From Deltaproteobacteria bacterium (GTDB lineage Bacteria; Myxococcota_A; UBA9160; UBA6930), in assembly GCA_016875395.1 (NCBI GenBank), contig VGRF01000004.1, positions 138,215 through 202,214 on the forward strand: 64,000 nt of DNA, given 5' to 3'. The translations under genes and the position numbers were made by a program. Positions 57,292 through 64,000 of the stretch are shown here, piece after piece. The notes beneath the pieces were generated by a model that had not been told where the DNA came from, did no database searches, and saw only the letters and a program-made list of their open reading frames with translations. Within the stretch, counting starts at the first letter, position 1. Every line of letters starts with the position of its first letter.

Positions 57292-58506
57292 ATGCCCATG
57301 CCGCTCGAAGGCATCCGCGTACTCGACTGGACGATTTGGCAGCAGGGTCCGATCTGCACCTCGATGCTCGCCGACATGGGGGCCGATGTGATCAAGATCG
57401 AGCAGACCGGAGTGGGCGATCCCGGCCGATACCTGTTCGCCGCGGGCGGCGCGTCTGCTGCGGATCGTCCGAACTGGTACTTCGAGTCGCACAACCGTAA
57501 CAAGCGCGCGATCACCCTCGACTTCTCGCAGCAGGCGGGGCGCGACGTGCTCTACGAGCTCGTGAAGAAGTCCGACGTGTTCGTGCAGAACTTCCGGCAC
57601 GGCGTCGCGGCGCGGCTCGGCGTCGACTACGCGACGCTGTCGCAGCACAACCCGCGCCTCGTCTACGGCAGCGCGACGGGCTACGGCCCGCACGGCGACG
57701 AGACCGCGGAGCCGTCGTTCGACCATCTCGGCCTCGCGCGCAGCGGCATCATGAACGCCGCCGGCGAGCCCGACATGCCGCCGCTCGGCATCGCCGGCGG
57801 CATCGCGGACCAGATGGGCGGCGTGATGCTCGCGTGGGGAATCATGAACGCGCTGTTCGCGCGCGAGCGCCACGGCGTGGGCCAAGAGGTGAACGGCTCG
57901 CACCTCGGCTCGATGCTGTTCCTGCAAGGCCTCAGCTTGTCGATGAAGCTGATGGCGGGCGTCGCGTTCCCGCGCACGTTCCGCGCGCGCGCCGGGAACC
58001 CGCTCTGGAATCACTACCGGTGCGGCGACGGCAAGTGGATCGCGCTCGCGATGCTGCAGAGCGACCGCTACTGGCCCGACGTCGCGCGCGTGATCGGTCG
58101 CCCCGAGCTCGCGACCGACGAGCGCTTCAAGAACCTCACGGTGCGCGCGATGAACAGCGCGGAGTGCGTCGCGATCCTCGACGCCGCCTTCGCGACGAAG
58201 CCGCGCGACGAGTGGCTGCGCCTCCTCAAGGAAGACGGCGGGGACTACATCTACACGATCGTGAACACCGTCGACGATCTGCCGAACGATCCTCAAGTGC
58301 TCGCGAACGGCTACGTCACCGAGCTCGATCATCCGCAATACGGCAAGACGAAGGCGGTGGGCATTCCCGTCGAGCTGACGAAGACGCCGGGCAGCGTGCG
58401 CACCGCCGCGCCCGAGCTCGGGCAGAACACGGAAGAGATCCTGATGGATCTGTGTGGCTACGACTGGGAGAAGATCAGCGCGCTGCGCGATGCGAAGGTG
58501 ATTTGA
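57292..58506 (+). CDS. CaiB/BaiF family III CoA-transferase
   Basis: LEGIRVLDWTIWQQGPICTSMLADMGADVIKIE N-terminus; an Asp-containing GIADQM region; 404 aa. Confidence 0.85.
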   Translation: MPMPLEGIRVLDWTIWQQGPICTSMLADMGADVIKIEQTGVGDPGRYLFAAGGASAADRPNWYFESHNRNKRAITLDFSQQAGRDVLYELVKKSDVFVQNFRHGVAARLGVDYATLSQHNPRLVYGSATGYGPHGDETAEPSFDHLGLARSGIMNAAGEPDMPPLGIAGGIADQMGGVMLAWGIMNALFARERHGVGQEVNGSHLGSMLFLQGLSLSMKLMAGVAFPRTFRARAGNPLWNHYRCGDGKWIALAMLQSDRYWPDVARVIGRPELATDERFKNLTVRAMNSAECVAILDAAFATKPRDEWLRLLKEDGGDYIYTIVNTVDDLPNDPQVLANGYVTELDHPQYGKTKAVGIPVELTKTPGSVRTAAPELGQNTEEILMDLCGYDWEKISALRDAKVI

Positions 58507-58516
58507 GCGCGAGTTG

Positions 58517-59356
58517 CTAACTGCGCTCGGGTTCGACCAGCCAAGCCGGGAACATCTTCCACAAGGTGGTTCGGGCGTGGAAGTTCGCGTTCCGATACGC
58601 CCTCTCAGCAACATCGCGCGAGGCGGGTCCGAGACTCTCGAGCAGCGATTCGGGCGCACTCATCGATCCGCCAGTCTCGGGGAGAACCGTCCACCAGCGC
58701 GGCTCGCGATTGTCGCGCCAGCGGGAGTCGCGCTGAATCCTCAACCACTCGTCTGTGGGCCGGGGGCGAGACCGGATCGCGATGCCGCGATCTCCCTTCG
58801 CGGTGACCAGGTGATCGCCCGGCCGAATCGGTGGAGCGGCGACGCGCGCCCGTGCGACCCGACCGCGCTGCTCATCGACTCTCGCTGGGATCACGTGCTC
58901 GCGCAGAAACGCGACGCGACTCGCGAGTGAATCTGCGTTCTTGCGCGTCGCCTTCGCTTCGACTGGAAAGACGCCAGCGGTCTTCGCGCGTCCGCGGCCG
59001 CTGCGCACCGCAGCGACCCACTCGTCCATCAACTCGCAGTAGCCGTCGAGTGCATCGATGCCGTTCGGTGCGTTGTCGGTCACGAGGTACGCCGTGGGCA
59101 GATCACCCACTACGACCCAGAGAGACTCGTCCACGGCTGGATCCGCGGGCCAGATGCGAACGAGGAAGACCGCGACGACGCCTGGAATCGTGAACCCGAG
59201 ATGTTCCTCGCGGACTCCGCGACACCACGGCTGCCACGAGACGTACTGGTGCGCTTCCTCGTAGGCCTCACGCAGGAACGCGGAATCGTCCTCTTCCTCG
59301 ACCCCGAACAGCATCGATGAGGCGAGAATGAGCAGGCTCTCGTCGACTTCGTTCAC
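58517..59356 (-). CDS. Hypothetical two-part protein with atypical codon usage
   Basis: GTG start with GGAG. It has many A/T-ending codons compared with its neighbours. The N-terminal half (YVSWQPW...WVVVGDLPTAYLV...YCELMDEWVAAV) recalls DUF4826, but that is unverified. Confidence 0.55.
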   Translation of the reverse strand: MNEVDESLLILASSMLFGVEEEDDSAFLREAYEEAHQYVSWQPWCRGVREEHLGFTIPGVVAVFLVRIWPADPAVDESLWVVVGDLPTAYLVTDNAPNGIDALDGYCELMDEWVAAVRSGRGRAKTAGVFPVEAKATRKNADSLASRVAFLREHVIPARVDEQRGRVARARVAAPPIRPGDHLVTAKGDRGIAIRSRPRPTDEWLRIQRDSRWRDNREPRWWTVLPETGGSMSAPESLLESLGPASRDVAERAYRNANFHARTTLWKMFPAWLVEPERS

Positions 59357-59379
59357 GGCGTCTCCGGAGGTTCTTCAGG

Positions 59380-61266
59380 ATGGCACGAGCAACGCGTTCT
59401 CTGGTGGCTGCGCTGCTGGCATTGGCGTTCGCCGTGCAGCCTGCGCTCGCGCGCACCAACAAGCCCCCGCTGCACGGTCACCACTGGGTCGCGGTCACGG
59501 GCAAGCCGCTCGCCGCGGTCGCAGGCGCGAAGACGTTCGAGCGCGGCGGCAACGCGGTGGACGCGGCGTGCGCGATGCTCGCGGCGACCGCGACGATGTG
59601 GGACGTGCTCTCGTGGGGCGGCGAGACGCAGGCGCTGATCTTCGATCCGCGCACGCAGCGCGTGATCGGCGTGAATGCGCACGGCGTCGCCGGCAGCGAC
59701 GCGACCGTGGCGCACTTTCGCAAGCAGGGCCTCGCCTACCCGCCGGCGACGGGCGGAGAAGCAGCCGTCACGCCAGGCACGCCGGGCGGCCTGCTCATCA
59801 TGCTCGCGGAGTACGGGAGGCTCTCACTCGCCGAGGTGTTATGGCCCGCGCTCGAGCTCGCGCGCGGCTACCCGATCGACGCCGAGACCGCGAACGCGCT
59901 GGAACGAGACCGCGCGCTACTCGCGTCGTGGCCCGACTCGAAGCGCGTGCTGCTCCCGCACCTCGATCCGAGCGACGCGTCTAAGCGCGCCGCGCCCGCA
60001 GCGGGCGAGATCTTCCGCCAGCCCGAGCTCGCGGCGACGCTCGAGAAGCTGATCGCGGCGGAGCGAGATGCGCTCGCCGCCGGGAAGTCGCGACGCGACG
60101 CGATCCTCGCCGCGTACGGGCGCTTCTATCGCGGCGACATCGCGCGCGAGCTGGTCGCCGCGGCGCGCGCGCAGGGCGCGCTCTTCACGGAGCAAGACCT
60201 CGCGCGCTGGAGCGTGCGCATCGAAGAGCCGGTGCGCACGACGTACCGCGGCGTCGACGTGTACAAGCTCACCACTTGGACGCAGGGCCCCGCGATGCTG
60301 CAGGCGCTGAACCTGCTCGAGCAGAAGGACCTGCGCGCGCTCGGCCACAACTCGCCCGACTACCTGCACGCGATCTATCAGGCGATGAACCTCGCCTTCG
60401 CCGACCGCGACTTTTATTACGGCGATCCGTACCACGGACCCGCGGAGCCGATCGCGGGCCTGCTCTCGAAGGACTATGCAAAGCGGCGCTTCGGCGAGAT
60501 CGACTGGGCCCGCAACGATCCCGACGTGAAGCCCGGCGACCCCTACCCGTTCCAAGGTGCGAAAAACCCGTTCGCGCGATTGCTTCGCTCGTGGCCGCCG
60601 AGGCCTGCGCGCGAGGCGGACGGCGCGCACGGCAACCCGGCCGACCGCGCCTCGTTGCGCGCCGCGCGCGAGCGCGCGTTCATGGCGGGCACGACCTCGA
60701 TTCAGGCCGCCGACGCCGAGGGCTGGGTCGTGTCGGTGACGCCGAGCGGTGCGTGGATTCCGGCGGTGATCGCAGGCCGCACAGGCATCGGGCTGTCGCA
60801 GCGCATGCAGGCGTTCGTGCTCGATCCCGCGATGAATCCATACAACGTGCTCGCAACGGGCAAGCTCCCTCGCGTCACGCTCACGCCGACGCTCGCACTG
60901 AAGGACGGCAAGCCGTGGCTCGCGTTTTCGGTGCAAGGCGGCGACACGCAGGATCAGAACCTGCTGCAGTTCTTCCTGAACGTGGTCGAGTTCGGCATGA
61001 CGCCGCAGCAAGCGGCGGAGGCGCCGAACCTGGTCTCGTTCCAGATGTTCAGCTCGTTCGGCGAGCACGTCTCGGAGCCGGGCCGCCTCGTGCTGCGTGC
61101 GGACACTCCCGTCGCGACGCTCGAGGCGATGCGCGCGCGCGGTTATCAGGTGGAGACCGAGGCGAAAACCTCGGGCCCGATCACCGCAATTCTCGTCGAC
61201 GCGGAGCACGGCACGCTGTGGGGCGCGGCGAGCGATTTCGGAGAGGACACCGGAATCGCGTGGTGA
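59380..61266 (+). CDS. ggt: Gamma-glutamyltransferase family protein (secreted)
   Basis: A signal peptide, GGNAVDAA, and the autoprocessing/nucleophile region AGTTSIQAAD. Confidence 0.85.
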   Translation: MARATRSLVAALLALAFAVQPALARTNKPPLHGHHWVAVTGKPLAAVAGAKTFERGGNAVDAACAMLAATATMWDVLSWGGETQALIFDPRTQRVIGVNAHGVAGSDATVAHFRKQGLAYPPATGGEAAVTPGTPGGLLIMLAEYGRLSLAEVLWPALELARGYPIDAETANALERDRALLASWPDSKRVLLPHLDPSDASKRAAPAAGEIFRQPELAATLEKLIAAERDALAAGKSRRDAILAAYGRFYRGDIARELVAAARAQGALFTEQDLARWSVRIEEPVRTTYRGVDVYKLTTWTQGPAMLQALNLLEQKDLRALGHNSPDYLHAIYQAMNLAFADRDFYYGDPYHGPAEPIAGLLSKDYAKRRFGEIDWARNDPDVKPGDPYPFQGAKNPFARLLRSWPPRPAREADGAHGNPADRASLRAARERAFMAGTTSIQAADAEGWVVSVTPSGAWIPAVIAGRTGIGLSQRMQAFVLDPAMNPYNVLATGKLPRVTLTPTLALKDGKPWLAFSVQGGDTQDQNLLQFFLNVVEFGMTPQQAAEAPNLVSFQMFSSFGEHVSEPGRLVLRADTPVATLEAMRARGYQVETEAKTSGPITAILVDAEHGTLWGAASDFGEDTGIAW

Positions 61267-61290
61267 CGACGAGGTGGGTGCGCGATCACC

Positions 61291-61314
61291 GAGCCGAGGA
61301 TCTGCGCTCGGCTC
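61291..61314. terminator. Hairpin between convergent ggt and the kinase gene
   Basis: GAGCCGAG-gatctgcg-CTCGGCTC, an 8-bp stem. No U-tract. Confidence 0.3.
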
Positions 61315-61359
61315 CAAAGCGCTCGCAGCTCCGCCTCGCCTCGTCGCGTGCGCGCTCGC

Positions 61360-63070
61360 TCAGCGCGCCGGCGCCGCGCGCGCGGCATCGACGAGCTCGT
61401 CGAGCTTCGAGACGAGCGCTTCGGGCGCGAACGGCTTCTCGAGGAACGCGACGCCCGGTGGAATCTCGCGGCGCTCGCGCGCGAGGTGATCGAGGTGGCC
61501 GGAGAAGAGCACGGCTGGAAGGCGCGGCGCGCGACGGCGAATTCTCCCTAACAGCTCGATGCCGTCCATGCCGCGCAGCACGACATCGGACGCGACGACG
61601 TCGATGTCGGTCGCGCGCGTGAGCGCCTCCTCTCCGCTCTCGCACCCGACGACGGAGTAGCCCGAATCCGCGAGCCAGCGCGTGAGGCCGAGTCGCAGCA
61701 CGGCTTGATCCTCGACCAGCAGCACGCGCGCCCGCATCGGCGGCGCCTCGGACTCGGGCTTCGCCGCGAGATCCTTCCCCGCCGCGACCCCTCCGACCTC
61801 GGGCCAGTAGATGTCGAAGCGCGCGCCGCGCCCCGGCTCGCTCGTGACGCGGATGTGTCCGCCCGTCTCGCGCACGATGCCGTAGACCACCGACAGGCCG
61901 AGCCCGGTGTTGCCGCGCTCCAGCTTGGTCGTGAAGAACGGCTCGAAGATTTTCTCGCGCGTCTCCTCGTCCATGCCGGGACCCGTGTCCGAGATCGTGA
62001 GCACGATCAACGTGTCGCCCGTCAGGGAGTCCGGCAGCACCGCGTTGGCGCGCGGAATGCGCCACCTCGATGCGCAGTGAGCCGCTGCCGGACATCGCTT
62101 CCTTGGCGTTCAGCGCGAGATTCAGCAGCACCTGGCTCAGCTGCTTCGCGCCCACGGGCGCACGGTGCACTTGGTCCGGCACGTTCCACGAAAGCGGAAC
62201 GTGCTCGGTCATCAGGTGGCGCAGCGTCACCAGGTTCTGGCGCACGATCGCCGACACGTCGCAGGGATCTTCCTTCTCTCGCATGGGGCGAGAGAACGTG
62301 AGCAGGCGCGAGGTGAGATCCGCCGCCGCGCTCGTCGTGTTGTGAATCTGATCGAGGTCCGCGCGCTGCGGCGCGCCGCTGGGAATCGACCTCTCGAGCA
62401 GCTCGGTGTGAATGCGGATCGCCATCAGCTGGTTGTTGAACTCGTGCGCGAACGCACCGGCGAGACGACCGAGGGCGTCCATGCGCTGCGCCGTGCGCAG
62501 CTCGTTCTCGAGGCGCAGACGCTCGGAGCGCTCGTGGGCGAGCTCGGCGCGGACCTGGGAGAGGCGCTGGGCGTCTTCTTCGACCCGAGCGCGCTCCATG
62601 GCGAACGCGCGGCTCGAAAAGAAGACGACGGAGAGCGTGCCGGCGCAATAGAAGACCGACATGCCCCCGCCGTGCGCAAAGAGGGGGACCGTCGAGGCGA
62701 GTGCGACGAACGCGGTGTAGGCACGAAAGATCGCTGGGTCCGCGATCACCATGAGCGACGACACCGCGATCATGAACGCCGAAGCCGCGTAGAACGGCTC
62801 GCCCGGATGACCCAGGAACAGCCAATAGAGGTGCGCAGTGGCGATGAACGAGGCCGTGAAGTGCAGGTCGCGCTGCCTGATGCGCGGGTACGTGTGAGCC
62901 AGTGCGCCAGCGATCGCGAAGGCCGCTCCGACGATCACCCACAGCGCGATCGGATCACCCGGGCCGCCGGGCCCGACGAGCCACCAGAGCGGGTGCACGA
63001 CGCCCGCGATCACGAAGGCGGTGCCTAGGTGATCTTGAGGGTTGAACCGCAGCGAGAGTTTGCGAGCCAT
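61360..63070 (-). pseudogene. Membrane hybrid histidine kinase / receiver, interrupted by a frameshift inside the HATPase domain
   Basis: Frame A (63070 down to about 62045) carries about 5 TM helices, H-box FAHEFNNQL and N-box LLNLALNAKEAM. Frame B (62040..61360) carries DTGPGMD, GLGLSVV and then REC (VLLVEDQ...DVVLRGMDG). The total span of 1711 nt is not a multiple of 3. Confidence 0.75.
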
Positions 63071-63091
63071 CTTTCGACGGCTCGCACCCTA

Positions 63092-63955
63092 TCACGGGAC
63101 GGCGGCCCCCAACGTCGCCAACGGTTCCGCGGGCACGTCCGAGTCGAGCCAGCCGATCTCGGCGGGAATGGGAATTCCCCGTCGCAGCTCCGCGAGGACT
63201 TCGCTCGGAGTGCAACCGAGGCGGCGGAGGTCGGGGACTTGCTGGAACACGCCGAACGCGACGATCGGAAGCAGCAAGCGCGACAAGCGAAGTCCGGTCG
63301 GGGACAACGCGGCGCGCAGAAACGCCACGTGCAAGACCTCATCCGCCCAAATCTCGCGGATCAGCGCATCGAGCCGATCGCGACGGCTCGGAGCGAATCC
63401 GCAGCTCGGAAGAGCCTCTCGCAAGCGCCAGAACAGCGTCGCTCCGACGCACTCGCCCGCGAGCACGATCGCCCAGCGCACGGTGGCCTGGACCCTCTCG
63501 ATGACCGCTACGAACATCCGCGTCGGAAGCGCCGGCCTCGCGGACTCGTACGAGGCGCCGGCGGTGCGACACAGCTCCGCGAGGATTCGGCAGTGGTAGC
63601 TCTCCTGCATCAGCACGCGGAGCATGAGATCCGGTGACTCGAAGCCGGGGAAGGACCCGCGGGCCTGAAAGCGGGACAGCTCGATCTCGACGCCGTAGCT
63701 CTCGCCCTCGTTCGCCTTCGTCGCAGCGAGCAGCCACTCGGACCGCTTCTGGGCGTCGCCGCTCACGTGCTCGCCCACCTCGCTGGGAGCCCACGCTTCG
63801 AGCGCCACCATCCTCTTTTCGCGCTCGGACAGGCGCCTCTCGGCGAGCTGGACTTCACCGTCCGTGGCACGCAGATGCTCTGCGTAGTCCGACAAGTACC
63901 GAGAGCGCTCCTCGGCGGACAGCGGCTTGAACGGATTCACGAAACCTCGAGACAC
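63092..63955 (-). CDS. Ferritin-like (putative di-iron) protein of unknown function
   Basis: GTG with AGGAGG RBS. Two ExxH motifs (MQESYHC, ADEVLHVAF) sit in predicted helices. Family unverified. Confidence 0.55.
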   Translation of the reverse strand: MSRGFVNPFKPLSAEERSRYLSDYAEHLRATDGEVQLAERRLSEREKRMVALEAWAPSEVGEHVSGDAQKRSEWLLAATKANEGESYGVEIELSRFQARGSFPGFESPDLMLRVLMQESYHCRILAELCRTAGASYESARPALPTRMFVAVIERVQATVRWAIVLAGECVGATLFWRLREALPSCGFAPSRRDRLDALIREIWADEVLHVAFLRAALSPTGLRLSRLLLPIVAFGVFQQVPDLRRLGCTPSEVLAELRRGIPIPAEIGWLDSDVPAEPLATLGAAVP

Positions 63956-64000
63956 GGGGGCCTCCTAAGCCGACAGCGCCAGCGGCGGCGCGAGGCGCTG

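Overview
All calls below come from reading the sequence and the ORF track by eye; no database search or computation was run. The window is a GC-rich (roughly 70% by eye) bacterial chromosomal segment. It is densely coding on both strands: about 60 supportable CDS, one tRNA and some IS debris, with no rRNA and no CRISPR array. Lnt, LolCDE/MacAB-type export, sigma54-type promoters and an NtrC-type activator suggest a diderm, sigma54-containing lineage (Myxococcota/Deltaproteobacteria-like or similar). That taxonomic placement is inference only.

Gene content in order:
- A partial luciferase-like oxidoreductase, a SnoaL-like protein and an ABM monooxygenase.
- A secreted beta-propeller/haem-c protein interrupted by an in-frame TAA.
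- An enoyl-CoA hydratase, SDR and lnt operon with overlapping start and stop codons.
- argF-like OTC and pyrD.
- A 1256-aa four-domain fusion (FGGY kinase, 2-hydroxyacid dehydrogenase, SCP2, class II aldolase).
- A globin-coupled histidine kinase and sigma54 activator, with USP, Hsp20, a Zn-ribbon protein and a cytochrome c as apparent local targets.
- A folD-gcvT-gcvH-gcvPA-gcvPB operon followed by an M48 protease.
- An oxidative catabolic block: BVMO, two P450s, two thiolase/DUF35 pairs, an amidohydrolase and an SDR. It ends at IS3-family debris and a tRNA-Sec gene.
- A four-gene ABC/FtsX/HlyD exporter and assorted hydrolases and transporters.
- An OXC-like ThDP enzyme plus a CoA-transferase, a GGT, a frameshifted hybrid kinase and a ferritin-like protein.

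Signals not explained by genes:
- Two families of intergenic repeats. One has a hairpin with five compensatory stem changes; the other has a 52-nt perfectly identical core.
- GC-rich hairpins that share the loop GAGTCTTCGAC.
- A nested 73-bp palindrome upstream of a sigma54 promoter.
- A strongly over-represented, orientation-biased 9-mer, CCGTAACAA, which is written into coding regions using otherwise rare codons (TTG-TTA, CGT, CAT).
- A near-absolute TAT-CAG codon-pair rule for Tyr-Gln.
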